Below are positions 29,480-45,186 of a stretch of DNA of 64,000 bases, in pieces. The notes under the pieces were generated by a model, which searched no databases, was not told the origin of the DNA, and was given only the letters and a program-made list of their open reading frames with translations. The stretch spans positions 109,616,001 through 109,680,000 of the forward strand of contig OZ024743.1 of assembly GCA_964016885.1 (NCBI GenBank). The letters are read 5' to 3'. Numbering within the stretch: position 1 is the first letter of the stretch; each line of letters opens with the position of its first letter. A program made the position numbers and the translations under genes. Source of the stretch: Eledone cirrhosa (Eukaryota).

Positions 29480-30090
29480 TGGTGGCTGCCAACTCGTTTT
29501 CGAGTACGGCCACTACTTTATATCCATGTAGGAGAACCCCGACCGATGCGCTGAAACAGTGTGACTTTTTAGTCCAGCCAGCGACTTGAAAACTGTGGTA
29601 CAAACACTACACTTGTGACAATTATTGACACATAGTGCTGAGCCCATGGTACCATGTAACGACAAGTGCAGAGAGATCTCCAGATATAAAGCAATGCCTG
29701 TGCCGTGATGCTTTTATAGTGAGCAAAGGCACTGCACAAAGCCAGCCCCACTCTCTTAACCAAGATGATATTTACCAAAAATAAGAACAAGTCAACATCA
29801 TTGGATACCATCAGGGTTGTAGGTGTTATATCAGAGTTTTCCTTCTCCTAGAATTCCGCCTTGACAAAGGCTAAGTGGTCATCTCTCCCGGTGATTTTGG
29901 ATGGCCATTGACTCTTAAGAGCTCCTTTGCCCTTTGACAGGTTTTGTTTTTAGTGCTGCAGGATGTCCAAAGTCACCCTCCGCACCAAGAAACCTTGGTG
30001 GGGTTGCCAGCTTAGTCGCCAACGACCCGACCATGAGACAGAGTGTACTGGGATACATGTTACTAGTAGCACCAACTGGTGACCGGACAT
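29480..30090 (-). mobile_element. ~610-bp interspersed element, copy 3
   Basis: End-to-end match with the other two copies. Confidence 0.75.
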
Positions 30091-30381
30091 CATATATACA
30101 TACATACGTACATACATATTCCTTTATATATATGCCAGGTGCGTTTCGCAGATTATGGATTCAAGGTCACCCACAGGAGTTATGAACATAATACCATTAT
30201 CGATCTACTCTCCAGACTGATGATGTGACGAAAAAAAAACAATAATATCTTATTGTCAAATCGACAGTCTGAAAAGAACGACAATGGAGTCAGGTCTATA
30301 ACTCTAATGGGTAATTTTGCGCCAATCCCCAGCGAAACGGGCGTCACATATCGATACACAATACAAATTATATTTGTATAT

Positions 30382-30567
<186 letters not shown>

Positions 30568-30599
30568 AAATGTGGAGAGGAGGCACACGAGTTAGGATA

Positions 30600-31800
30600 T
30601 ATATATATATATGAAAATAGGGAGAAAGAGATGACTATGAGGAAGACATATATATTTTTTCCCCTTTTTCTCTTTTCCCTATTTTTTGTCTCTCTCTCTC
30701 TTTTCTCTGGGTTAGAAAATGATTAAAACGAAATGTTTTACTTTGTGTGAAGTGTTAAGGCATTAGTTGATTTATTTATTATTTAACAATTGCATTTATT
30801 TATCTATTTATATATTTAATTATTGTCTATTACCGGTTTTTGCATTTATATGCACTATCAAATGATAGTGAAATGTATTAGTGTGGTGTCGCACATGTTA
30901 AACAGAAGGTGCAGAAAGAATAATGTTATATACAAACAAGGTTTAAGAAGTGAAAAGAAAAAAGAAAATGGAAAAAAGCCGTGCATAGTGGAAGAAATTT
31001 GAATGTTATTTACAAGCACAGTCATTGAAGTTAAGCAGTTCAAAATGTGTTAATATCGCAATAGTGTTTAGTTGAACCATGGTTCCGTGAAGGAGGCAAA
31101 TGGTGGACTGTGGTTTGATATGATTTCGTTTTTTAGAGAGTTAATATGCAGGAGGAAGCAATTCTTGCTGGGTGATAACGATATTTAATTAATTTGAGAA
31201 AAAGGATTAGGTAGGGTGTGAGGGAGGTAACTCTTGTAAATGTTTGATTGTTTGTTGCAGTTTTAGAAAGGTGCGAATTTCAGGGCATTGAGTACGTAAT
31301 GAAATTTATTAATGAAATATGTTTCCTTATTGGTGCGTTGGATGAAAGTAGCGTTGTCTATGACTTTGTAAATGGGGAAAATTTTAAAGTTTGGAAGTTG
31401 GTTGAGAAAACAATTAGCGATATGTTCACTAAATGCAATCTTTCTTCTATTTCTGTATTTTATTTTGTTCATTTATGGACGGTGATACGTTGACGGGGGC
31501 TGTTTTTTGTCTATCCTATTTAGGGGCTCTAGACATCCTGAGCAAGTCAAAACATAGATAAAGTTTTCAGATGCACATATAAAGTTGTGTTTAACTGTGA
31601 AAGGTTGTCCTTGTTTAAAAAGGAATGTTGAACCTTCTATTAGATTTATGCATATGCCACAGTTGGGCCTTCCGCATTTTGTTACTGTAGGTTTTATTGT
31701 GAAGATTTGTTGGATTTTGGCTTGTGTGAGGATGTTTTTCTATGGATTTGGGTTGTCTTTTGCTCTTTATGATGTTGTCTGTTTAGAGGATATCCTCCAA
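30600..31800 (-). mobile_element. Decayed PLE fragment (GIY-YIG region plus 3' UTR)
   Basis: Minus translation KPTVTKCGRPNCGICINLIEGSTFLFKQGQPFTVKHNFICASENFIYVLTCSGC...RQRITVHK, typical of Penelope/Poseidon-type EN; frameshifted. Left boundary uncertain. Confidence 0.65.
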
Positions 31801-31855
<55 letters not shown>

Positions 31856-31899
31856 CTGAAATAAATAAGTCAGATATTTAAAATTTGGCTTCGTTTATT

Positions 31900-31956
31900 A
31901 CTGCTATATATATATTTCGGTGACAGCCATCTTTGGCTGAGACCACTTCAGGCAGT
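31900..31956 (-). ncRNA. Hammerhead motif with one core mismatch (CUGAAGU)
   Basis: Reverse complement actgc-CTGAAGT-ggtctcagcca-aaga-tggctgtcacc-GAAA-tatatata-TA-gcagt, followed by AATAAA. Confidence 0.7.
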
Positions 31957-32155
31957 CCGAATTAGTGTGGTAGAGACGAGTACACATGTTGTTGAGGTGT
32001 TTAACTTTGTCAATACTCTGATATGCCCAGTTCCTGGTTGGGTTGTTATTTCACTGAGGAACTGGAATCATATGAATTTAAACAAACGAATTTCAGCGTC
32101 AAAGGACGTCCTCTCCTCCCATTGGTCAGTTGTGAGAACATTCCTCAGAACATTC

Positions 32156-32245
<90 letters not shown>

Positions 32246-32267
32246 TACATATATATATATATATATA

Positions 32268-33816
<1,549 letters not shown>

Positions 33817-34703
33817 TGAATAAAATAACAGGACACCGCATTTAATATGTCAAATGTAACTTGTGTACACATAATGCTATAACTTACCATTGGTGCGGTC
33901 ATAGCTGCTGTATAATGGTTATAGCCGAAATATATATAACAGCAAATATTAATAAACGAAGCTAATTTTAACCAGTTGACTTACACTCTTATATATATAT
34001 AAACTTAAATACTTTTTTCTCGTTCCATGGAAGGCAATGTGTCATTGCATACATCTAGTTCTACAATTTTAAAGAGAATAAAACTAATTTAAACATTGTT
34101 TGGGAATATAAAAGCTATGTAAAATATTTATGATTAGTAAATTTACATCACATATGTTAACGCTATGTATTTGTTTTAAAACTATTATACAACTGCAGCG
34201 GTCATAACTATAACATTTAAAATAGGCAGATGACTATACAACATAATCCGAATCAATAGATAAGTGGAACGTGCTTTATAGAATTTCATGATAACATAGC
34301 ATTGTTTCTATCATAATATATAGAATAGAAATATTTTAGAAGAGAGATGGATGGAAGGAAAAAGAAGCACGGGAAAAGAACTATACATAATAAAAATAGT
34401 ATGAATGTGGGGGAAAGACAAAACGCATCGAAAGCCTGTAGGGTTAAAAATAAAAGAAATAGCTAACGTATAAAATATAAAACAAACCTATAATAAAAGC
34501 TTCAGAGAATTTAAAATGTCAGTCTTTCTGTGAGTCATTTCTGCAAACACACTTGACATTCTCATACAATTCCGAACCAAGTCATTCTTAACTCAACTAT
34601 GAATATTAATATGAATTTGTTTATACATTGTTGAACACTTGTTGGGTCTAATATACGTTTTCATCCTTCAATTCATTCTCTTGAAAATTATATATATATA
34701 TGC

Positions 34704-34764
<61 letters not shown>

Positions 34765-34770
<6 letters not shown>

Positions 34771-35898
34771 TATGTATACGTACCTACATATATGTATACA
34801 GACGTACAGTAGTATGGATATATATACATACATGAACATATATATATATGTACGTATGGATTTACCGAACATTTATTATAATGCTCGGTTTGTTTGTAAA
34901 CAAACATCCCGAATTAAGCCGTACAGTGTTTAGCAACCATCGTTGCCCCTTTGTTCAACACTGACAAAGGAACGATGTACTAGTTTCAAGCTTATTAGCT
35001 ATCGTCAGCACCGTGTACCTTTCTTCCAGATGACTGAACGTCTGAAAGTATAGACTTTCCCTATGCATATTAACGGCTGAGCAGTCTAATTTGCATATCG
35101 AGTGAGTTAATCGGCCGGGCGCACCGGAAACGATAATGGAAAAAAATGAAACGAAATTTCATTTCTCACTCTTAGTACGGCTGTTACTTAAATATAAGTA
35201 TGTATACGTACATACACATATGTATACAGACTTACAATAGTATGTATATATATACATACATGCACATATATATATATATATATGTACGTATTGATTTACC
35301 GAGCATTTTTTATAATGCTCGGTTTGCTTGTAAACAAACATGCCGAATTAAGCCGTACAGTGTTTAGCAACCATCGTTGCCATTTTGTTCAACACTGACA
35401 AAGGAACGATGTACTAGTTTCAAGCTTATTAGCTATCGTCAAATATATACATACTTCGTTTCATTTTTTCCATTATCGTATTCGGTGCGCCCCCAGATTA
35501 ACTCACTCGATATGCAAATTAGGGTGCTCAGCCATTAATATGCATAAGGAAAATATATACTTCCAGACGTTGAATCATGTGGCAGAAAGGTGCTGACGAA
35601 GCTAATAAGCTCGAAACTAGTACATCGTTCATTTGTCAGTGTTGAACAAAAGGGCAACGATGGTTGCTAAACACTGCACAGCTTAATTTGGGATGTTTGT
35701 TTACAAACAAACCGAGCATTATAATAAATGGTCGGTAAGTCCATACGTACATATATATATGTGTGTGTGCATGTATGTATATATATACATACTACTGTAC
35801 GTCTGTATACATATATGTATGTACGTATATATACTTATATTTAAGTAACAGCCGTACTAAGAGTGAGAAATGAAATTTCGTTTCATTTTTTCCATTAT
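34765..35898. mobile_element. Retrozyme-like family A, locus 4 (1.6 tandem minus units + 1 plus unit)
   Basis: Minus HHRs start at 34972 and 35406 (period 434; second truncated). Plus HHR at 35589-35628. (TA)n on both flanks. Confidence 0.85.
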
Positions 35899-35899
35899 A

Positions 35900-36001
<102 letters not shown>

Positions 36002-36167
36002 CGTGTTTATGTATGTATATATTTACTTATATATACATACATATACGCATATATATGTATATATATATATGTCCATGCGTATATGTATGTATATATATAA
36101 AAAGAAACTATACATACACACGCACACACACATATACATATATATAATATATATATACATATATATG

Positions 36168-36198
<31 letters not shown>

Positions 36199-36339
36199 AT
36201 GTGTGCATAGTGCGTGTATAGACATATGTATGTATATATCCTTATGCGGATGACGGCTGAGAGAAAAGTCTACTCAGCGGGGGAGTAGCTTTTTAAAAAT
36301 CAACAAAAATGCTAAATAGTGAGTCTCATTTCTCTGGAG

Positions 36340-36470
<131 letters not shown>

Positions 36471-36544
36471 GTTCAAGTGTAACCAATCTTAAAGAAAGAG
36501 ATGGAGATAGGAGAGGAGGGATTGGTGAATTAGTTAGAATCCAA

Positions 36545-37610
36545 ATAATAATAGTGTCCGTTTACAATTGTTTCGCTACTCCATATAATATTTCTGGAAC
36601 AGATGACAATATATCATAATTGATCTGGTTGAGTTGAAAATAATTAGCATATTTAAATGACAGAGCAGCTCATCGGAACTTCAAAGGAATATAAATTAAA
36701 ATAACGAGAGAATGTTACATAATATAATGTTCCATATATTGGTTTTTACTATGGTGTATTGGTTGCATCAGTTGTCAGCCATAATCAAGCAGTATTCATC
36801 TGTCGAGGCTGCATTGTGTGAGATCTGCCTATGGGTAACAAGATCGCTGCCAAAGGGCATATTTACCTTACTAATTAGAGGGTGGTTTCAGGGGAAGTAA
36901 CTCCTCGAGAGATTAGAAATTGTGGGTGTTTATAGTTAAGCGCTATTTTTGTTATTTTTTAATTGAGAGACAATGTAGGGGAGGTAACTTATAATTATTC
37001 AAGTTGTTCATAGCAATTTAACTTATTAGCTACAAGTAAACATGGGGATACATGACTAAGTTGTGTCAAATATTCTATTGGCGAAGGAATTAGCCCTTCG
37101 ATGTTGACAGCTAATAGTTACCTCCGTTCTATCGTTAATCGGTTGAGGTCGTGATAGAGTTATGTAATATGCTTCCGTAATACAGAGATCACAATATTTT
37201 TTCGTCCATTGAACGGTTGGGCCCTAGCCACGATATCCCATTTTAGTGAGTGTTGAACGTTGTTTAATATAAGGTATTTAATGAGCCTAGCTAGCGATGT
37301 CGAACATCTGTGGCTAGGGTCTCGGAAGGAAAAAGAGTGCGCGTTATAGCGTACCTTAAAAGGGTTAGAGGTAGACCCGATATAAGAGCTGGTATTCGAA
37401 GCAGTTTTAACCGTGTACCTATAGACTATGTTGGGTGTCAGGCAGTGTCAGCAGTGTAATTTCTATTCCTTTCAAGTTCCGATGAGCCGCTCTGTCTTTT
37501 AAATATGTTAATTATTTGCAACTGAACCAGATCAATTATGATATATAGTCATCTGATCCAGAAATATCATATGGTGTAGCGAAACAATTGTAAACGGACA
37601 CTATTCTTAT
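36545..37610 (-). mobile_element. PLE 3' fragment with inverted pseudo-LTR copy
   Basis: Minus translation CLTPNIVYRYTVKTASNTSSYIGSTSNPFKVRYNAH...LKWDIVARAQPFNG..YCDLCITEAYYI (37445 to 37160). 36550-36695 and 37460-37605 form an inverted repeat carrying the HHR. Confidence 0.85.
37476..37595 (+). ncRNA. Variant hammerhead: CCGAUGA core with ~95-nt stem II (mirror copy 36560-36679, minus)
   Basis: gtt-CCGATGA-gccgctc...[95 nt]...gtgtagc-GAAA-caattg-TA-aac. In the mirror copy the stem II base reads gctgctc/gagtagc. Confidence 0.65.
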
Positions 37611-37715
37611 TAATATTATTATTATTATGCTCTACATTTCTTACATCAAACTAAAGTATGTTGACAATCTTTTAATATCTTCCTTGTGAAATGTGTGGTC
37701 TTGCTTTGCTTAACT

Positions 37716-37786
<71 letters not shown>

Positions 37787-37799
37787 ATATATATGTATA

Positions 37800-37922
<123 letters not shown>

Positions 37923-38036
37923 GTTTGAATATGTGTAATAAAGCCAAAACAATGCAGGTATGGACATAGAAAAAAGAATGCAATTGTAAAAGATATTGTT
38001 GACAATTCGTCCTTTACCTTAGATTTATTTAAATGT

Positions 38037-38071
38037 CCTTAATTTTCGAGATAATATCTCTTCTTCAGAGG
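38037..38071 (-). ncRNA. Minimal type I hammerhead
   Basis: Reverse complement cct-CTGAAGA-a-gagat-att-atctc-GAAA-at-TA-agg. Confidence 0.75.
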
Positions 38072-38493
38072 GAAATAAAGGTCTCAAACCAGCGTTCTAA
38101 ATATCTTGCCAAGCCATGCTGACAGGAAATAGTATAGAGTATTTGTTCTATCTCTAATGTCAAAGAGTTAAAATTAGGTGGATAAAGAGTAGTCTCCCTT
38201 TAAAAGAGGTTTGTTTAGGGTTTTTTTTAATTATTTTTTTTATTTTATATACATGCCTGTATAAGTGTGTGGGAGAATGCATGAAGGTGTAAGTATGTGA
38301 GTGTGTGTGTGTGAGTGTGAGAAGATAAGTCTATTCGTAAATGTGGGGGATAGGTGTTATCTGGTGTTAGAACTGGTTGTGTGTGTGTATGTGTGAGAGA
38401 GAATAAGTGGAGGTGTAAGCGTGTGTGTGTGTGGAGTGTGTAAATATGGGGCTAGAAGCCCTATCAGGTTATAAATTGGGTGTTGAGTTCTAG

Positions 38494-39369
38494 TCAATTA
38501 TTGATTGGTGGTTGTGTTTTATCTATAATTAGTGCTTCCTTAATTCTAAGATTGCCGAGGTTTCTTTCCTTAGTTTCTATCCTAACTATTATGGTTTTGT
38601 CGGTGTTTTTGCATTTAACTAGATGTTTCTTAAATGAGGAAGCGTTAGTATTGAGGTGTTCTTTTATTCTTATGTGGAGTGGTCTGGTGGTGCTACCTAC
38701 GTAGAAGTTGTTGCATTTGTCACACTCTAGTCTGTATACGACGTAAGCCTGGTGGCATAGGTCTGTGTCGTTGATGGGGCAGTTGGCTAGTCTGCAGCAG
38801 TTGTCATGTCTGGTGGAGTGTCTCTTGGCCAGCCGTCCGCGCAGAGAAGGACCCGAGTGGGTCAGTTGGATATCCAGTCCCTCTCGTCTGATGGCTCTGC
38901 GGATGGCTGTTGTTGTTTCTTCACTGAAGTGTGGGAGCTTCAGGAAGCAAGTGTTAGTGCCTCGGGTGTGGTTTCCTCTGTTCTTTCTGGCACGGTTTGT
39001 GGTGGAAGTCGTGTATCCGTTCAGTTTGAGTACTTCCAGGAAATGTGTGGTGTGTGTGTCTCGGTCTCTAGCGTCGGTGCATTTGTTCCGGATACGTGCC
39101 AGTTCGTTCCTTATGTATCCGAACTTGGCACCGAGTGGGAGGGCCGATCTGAAATGTACGAACAGGTCCCTGCTGGCGGCTTTTTTATAGAAGCAGGTGT
39201 TGATGTTGCCTTCCTCTGTTACCCTGAGTTGGAAGTCCAGTAGGGATAGGGATCCGCGGTCATCGGGGTGTTCCATGCTGAACTTTATACTGGCGTCCAT
39301 GCTGGAGAATGTTGTGTATATTTTATATGCCTCCTCACGGGATGATGTAAGGATGAGTATGTCATCTAC
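38494..39369 (-). CDS. PLE reverse transcriptase C-terminus + GIY-YIG endonuclease (partial)
   Basis: IKFSMEH..SLSLLD..FYKK..FVHFRSALP (RT thumb) and YVVYRLECDKCNNFYVGSTTRPLHIRIKEH..IKEALII (GIY-YIG). Confidence 0.9.
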   Translation of the reverse strand, partial: VDDILILTSSREEAYKIYTTFSSMDASIKFSMEHPDDRGSLSLLDFQLRVTEEGNINTCFYKKAASRDLFVHFRSALPLGAKFGYIRNELARIRNKCTDARDRDTHTTHFLEVLKLNGYTTSTTNRARKNRGNHTRGTNTCFLKLPHFSEETTTAIRRAIRREGLDIQLTHSGPSLRGRLAKRHSTRHDNCCRLANCPINDTDLCHQAYVVYRLECDKCNNFYVGSTTRPLHIRIKEHLNTNASSFKKHLVKCKNTDKTIIVRIETKERNLGNLRIKEALIIDKTQPPINN

Positions 39370-39607
39370 TGGCCATCACCTACATGAACTAGCTAGAATG
39401 CCGGGCCCTCAACACCTGCCATTCCCATGCCTTCTTCACCCGATATGTAGATGACATACTCATCCTTACAACATCCCGTGAGGAGGCAAATAAAATATAC
39501 ACAACATTCTTTTTTCTATGTCCATACCGGCATTGTTTTGGCTTTATTACACATATTCAAACGTTTATACCTCATTACACAATGCTTCAAGTGAACTATA
39601 ACCGCCT

Positions 39608-39661
<54 letters not shown>

Positions 39662-39676
39662 CTATACACACACATA

Positions 39677-39851
<175 letters not shown>

Positions 39852-40233
39852 GGGAGGTGAGTTTGTGTGTGCATATCAATGTATATTTACACTATTATTT
39901 CTTTCAATATCCATATTTATCTTTATGCATATATTATGCACTTTAATTATCATGGTTTGTATATTTCTCTTTCTATCACAATGCTTTCCACATACTTGAT
40001 TTCTCTTACATAAAATTGATGAACAATTTCTGATTAAACGTCCATCCTCATATAATCTTTTTCTTATTTCGCTTACGCGGTACGCATTATTAATGCACAC
40101 ATATAAACAGCCACACACACCATTTATATATAAAGTGAAAAAAAATGTTTGACGTTAGAAACCATTTCATACAGAGCATGTTATATTTGGAAAATTATGT
40201 TTAAAAAATTAGGTTTGAAAAGGGCACCTAGTA

Positions 40234-40312
<79 letters not shown>

Positions 40313-40724
40313 ATCTTAAAAATATGTACAAAAATTGTTGTTTAGCAAAGTATGCTTTCTTCGTGTTGTATTACCTTTGCTAAACATAAAATGTACTACA
40401 TGTTATAAAAATTATTTATATATATATATATATATATATACCAGGTGCACTTTTCTCTACCCACTTCTATAGCCTCTTATATACCACCATACCTTATATA
40501 TATATAAATATATATATGAAGGTCCGAGTAAAGAAATATGTGTTTGTGTGCGAGTGAGTGTGTGTGTGTGGGTCTGTGTTTATGTGTGCCTGTGTGTGTG
40601 CATGCGTATATGTGTACGTGCGTGCGTGAGTGTGTTTCTATGTATATTTGTATTCATATGCATCACACAATTAGTATTTATATGGATCACACAATGCAGC
40701 CATGGATCATGGATTGGCAACTGT

Positions 40725-41572
40725 AGCTGACTGTGGACACGTGTACCGCCATGCATTTTGGGAGGAAAGTCCCAGCGTCCACATATTCCCCACACAACAC
40801 TAATATCAAGAAGTCTTCTTGTGAACGTGACCTGGGCCTCACTGTCAGCTGCGATTTGCTTTGGACAAAGCACATCTCTGAAACTGTTAAGAAGGCCGGG
40901 GATATCTTGGCATCATTTTGTAAGACCTTAGTCAACTGCTCTCCAGCTATCTATTTTAAACTGTAGGCAGCTATGGTGAGGCCACACCTAGAATTTGCAT
41001 TACCAGTCTGGAACCCTTATCTTGCTCAGAATATAGACTCGCTGGAGACTGTTCAGAAACGTGCAACCATGCTAATATCCTCCATAAGGCATCTACCATA
41101 CTCTGAACGCCTTGCTTTCCTGGGCATGGTTATATTGAAACTCCGATGTCTGGCATCTGAAATGGTAAATACCCAAAACATTATTAACCATCTTGCCAAC
41201 AACAACCCTAAGCACCTTTTTGAATTTCATGTGTCTAACAGCCATGGACATGACTACAAAGTCAGAAAACAGCGCAACTCCTATGAATTTCGGAAACATT
41301 TTTCTCGGCTCAAAGTTACTGTAGCATGGAACAAAACTAGCTCCATCATTTGTTAACTGTCGGGACACTGCACCCTTCAAAACCTCCATGCCTCTCGAAA
41401 TTTTCAATCATTACAACTGACATTCCGCCTCCGTACACGCACACGCATGAATCTATGTGTATAATATGACTGCTCACTTTCCTCATATGTCTACATTATT
41501 CTATGAACTATATAAGCACATTTGATGAGCTGGAGTGCACCTGCGCACTGTATACAATAATTTCATTATATA
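40725..41572 (+). mobile_element. CR1-clade LINE 3' fragment (pseudogenised)
   Basis: CTAMHFGRK..ERDLGLTVSCDLLWTKHI..*..MVRPHLEFALPVWNPY..IDSLETVQKRAT..LPYSERL, typical CR1 post-RT motifs; in-frame stop. Confidence 0.9.
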
Positions 41573-42852
41573 ATCTATATTTATGCGTATAGATATATTT
41601 CTATATGTATATATGCATTTATGTATGTGTGTATGGAATTATATGTATGAATGCATATTTATGTACATAAAGAAATGAATAAATAAAAAATGTATGTGCG
41701 TGTGTATATATATGTGTATATATATATATATATACACATATCAATTTATGGGCATATATATATTCATATGTTTATAGATATTTATTTATGTATATGTGTA
41801 CATATATTTGTATGAGTATGTTAATATATTTATATACACCACCCGACAACCGTCACCAGCACTATGACCCTCTTTAGCCTTCTTACACTCATCTTTCATA
41901 GTTATTTTTCTACACCGTAATATACACTGTTATATACACCAAATCTAATAACTTCATATTTCATAATCTTTCCGAATTATAGTGTTCCTAATTTCTATAT
42001 CCTATTTTATTTCATAAAAATCCGAATTTTAATCTAAGTTTCTACATCTATCTTTTTAACTAAATATTTTCATATTTTACAGAAAACCCACGCAGTTTTT
42101 CAACCCTTCCACAATCAACAAATAACCACCGTATCGATTCATTTTAACCTGCCAATTCCACAATTTGTTTTCCTTTTCTTCTTCGTTAATCTTCCCCTTA
42201 CAAAATCATAATCACCTTCTAGTTACATATCAAAGTTGTAAGTGTTCCTTTATTGCCGCTAACCCTATTCATTTAATCTTAATTTTGTAAAAATATATAT
42301 TTCTGCTGACACATTTTAAAACGTATACTTTCTTGTATATCCATTATCACCTTCACATAGCCCCGTCATTAACATTCTTTCCATTCTGTAATTCATCTTA
42401 TAACGTAACATCTCCTATTTCAGAATATCCCCTTCCTACTCTCCTAATACTGAGTCTTCATTTAATTGTGATGTATCAACTATTGCAACACACGAACGTT
42501 TAGTTCTTCTTTCATGGCCCTGTGAATGAGCAGGCAAACATCCAGGGTAACAAGACTCACTATTTAACCATTATAAATATATCGATATGGAAAGAAACTG
42601 TAATATGTAATAAAGTTTACAAAAAGATGCAAATCTTATTATCAGTTTATCTATCTATATAATATATATATGAAAAATTCGGGACTCCGACAGCTGGGTT
42701 CCTGCCGTTTCAATAGCTAGGTACGAGTTCGGATCTAGCTGTTGAAATCAGCCCTCGCGGTCCCGAATGTTTAATATTACCCGCTTTACTACCCCATGTG
42801 TCAAGTACTCTTTGAGTAATAATCTAACTGGTTTTTACCGCTTCCGTTCTGA

Positions 42853-42883
<31 letters not shown>

Positions 42884-43129
42884 CACAAGGATAAAAATAT
42901 TGTTAGACATGTATATAGTTGGATTGATTTACAACCCATGATTGATTAACGTTGATATGAAAGGGAAACAGAAACATGTGATCGCGGTTTGGTACAATCA
43001 TAAATTATCCTGCTAAGCTTGGAATGATGAATGTCCTTGCTGAAAGCTTCATCCAACTCGAGTCGTGTTAAAGATTTATCCAGTATCGTACGTGACGAAA
43101 TGTCTATGTTTTGTCCTGTCTCATATTTG

Positions 43130-43174
<45 letters not shown>

Positions 43175-43259
43175 CACACACAAACATATATATATATATA
43201 GTAATAATAATAAATTTGAAGACTAAAATCCAAAGAGGGCTCGATAATCTGTTATTTTA

Positions 43260-43334
<75 letters not shown>

Positions 43335-43371
43335 ATATAAGATCAAAAGATGGTTAAAGGAGTTCCATGTA

Positions 43372-43438
43372 TTTTATTATGCGCATTTCAAAAACAAACA
43401 TCATCATGCAATAATATTTGTGTTTTCATCAGATAAAA
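43372..43438 (-). ncRNA. Type I hammerhead, intact
   Basis: Reverse complement ttttat-CTGATGA-aaacacaaatattattgcatgatgatgtttgttttt-GAAA-tgcgca-TA-ataaaa: 6-bp stem I, long stem II, palindromic stem III. Confidence 0.85.
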
Positions 43439-43553
43439 CAGGAGAACATGATATGAAGGCTAAAAAACACTTGTGGATAGTGCAGTTTTAAATCAACATA
43501 TGAAAAGTGGTTTTAGATTGATGTGTGATATTGGGAAAAATATTTTATTTATG

Positions 43554-43584
<31 letters not shown>

Positions 43585-43588
43585 TATG

Positions 43589-43619
<31 letters not shown>

Positions 43620-44067
43620 TTGTATACATATATATATATTTATCTGTTTGTGTGTGTATGCGTGCTTGCATGTGAGTGTGTATGTGCCATTGTGTGTGTG
43701 TGCCTGAATGTATGTAAGTATGTATGTACGTGTGTGTTTGTGTGCGACAAAAGCAGTAATTTACCTTATATTCAACGTAAATGTACCTAGATTAATTAAA
43801 CATCTCAAACAAGTTTAAGCCACACACATTGTTCTTCCTTATATATATGTATCTGAGTGTCCCGAATCTTCCATATCGAACTTTTCGGTTATTTGGTTGA
43901 TTGTAGACATATTCTACGTGTGACGGTATTTTAACGATAGTTATAGCTCTGATTTATTTGAATTATAGAGCCCTCTGCCGCTCATCTCGAATTTTGTTTA
44001 TCGTGAACTCGTGCGCCGATTTTTCGATATTCGATTATTCTACTATATATATATATATATATATATA

Positions 44068-45037
44068 TTTCGTTTCTGAATTTGTTTAGCAAGATTCTTT
44101 ATCTGAAATCGTGTGTTGAAACCGATATTGTTATACTTTGGGAGGGTCATGTTGCCAATAAGAAACACACGCACTAGATGCTTCCACTTCAATTTATTAT
44201 AATAAATTTATAAATTTATAAATATATAAATTTCTGGTCGGTTGGGTTGGTTCCACAACCAGATAGTTGTTTATATATTGTCATATTTCTTTTACTCGGT
44301 CCTCTATGTTAACATTGACTGACCAACGGTCCAAAATATATTTATAATATATACACAAACACAAAGTTCTTTCGTTGCACATCTGCAACAGCGTCAGTGG
44401 TACTATTATATTCCCTCCTGCTGTATTGTATGTCTACGCCATCTTTATTTAATCCGTTTATTTATTTATTTATTTTTGTCTTCTCTGCGCATGCGTTTGC
44501 GTGTGTGTATATTGTTCGAGGTGTGTTCGTGTTTGGGTGACTGTGTTTTGGTTATTGTATTCTATCTTAGTTTACTAGTGTGTGTTTATATGTGTTTGTT
44601 GTTATTGTGCTTGTGTATGTATTTCTTTATTTATTTATTCATACTTCTCTTAGGTCAGTACTGTTTGTTTGGGTGTTGTTGTAATTCCATTCATTTTTTC
44701 TGTTAGCTTTGACCTTCTTATTACTATTTCCCTGGCCTCTCTGATTTGCCTATCTGGTGGGTCATTTCTATGTTTAGATATTATTTTAATTTCTATGTTG
44801 TCTATGCTACCGCCGTGCTGTTGCCTGGCGTGTTCGTATAGTACTCAACCGTGTTTCCGTCCTTTTAGTTCTCCCCAGTGTCGGTCTAGCCTTTCACCTA
44901 TGCTACGGGCTGTTTCGCCTATGTATGTTGTTGTCATGTTTCTCCAAGTACCCTCTGTACATATTATGCTATAGACTACGTTTCTAGTTTTACAGTTTAT
45001 CCGGTGGTTTACGTTATATATAATACATTTCCTATTA

Positions 45038-45040
<3 letters not shown>
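44068..45040 (-). mobile_element. PLE family B 3' fragment
   Basis: INCKTRNVVYSIICT..TTYIGETARSIGERLDRH (GIY-YIG); degenerate HHR at 44362-44400; shared terminal sequence. Confidence 0.8.
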
Positions 45041-45101
<61 letters not shown>

Positions 45102-45186
45102 GCAAAGTTTTATTTAAATTGTTGGGTTAACAACGAGTAAATATTTATAACTGATATAAAAGCACTCAACAAGTATTTGGAGTATA

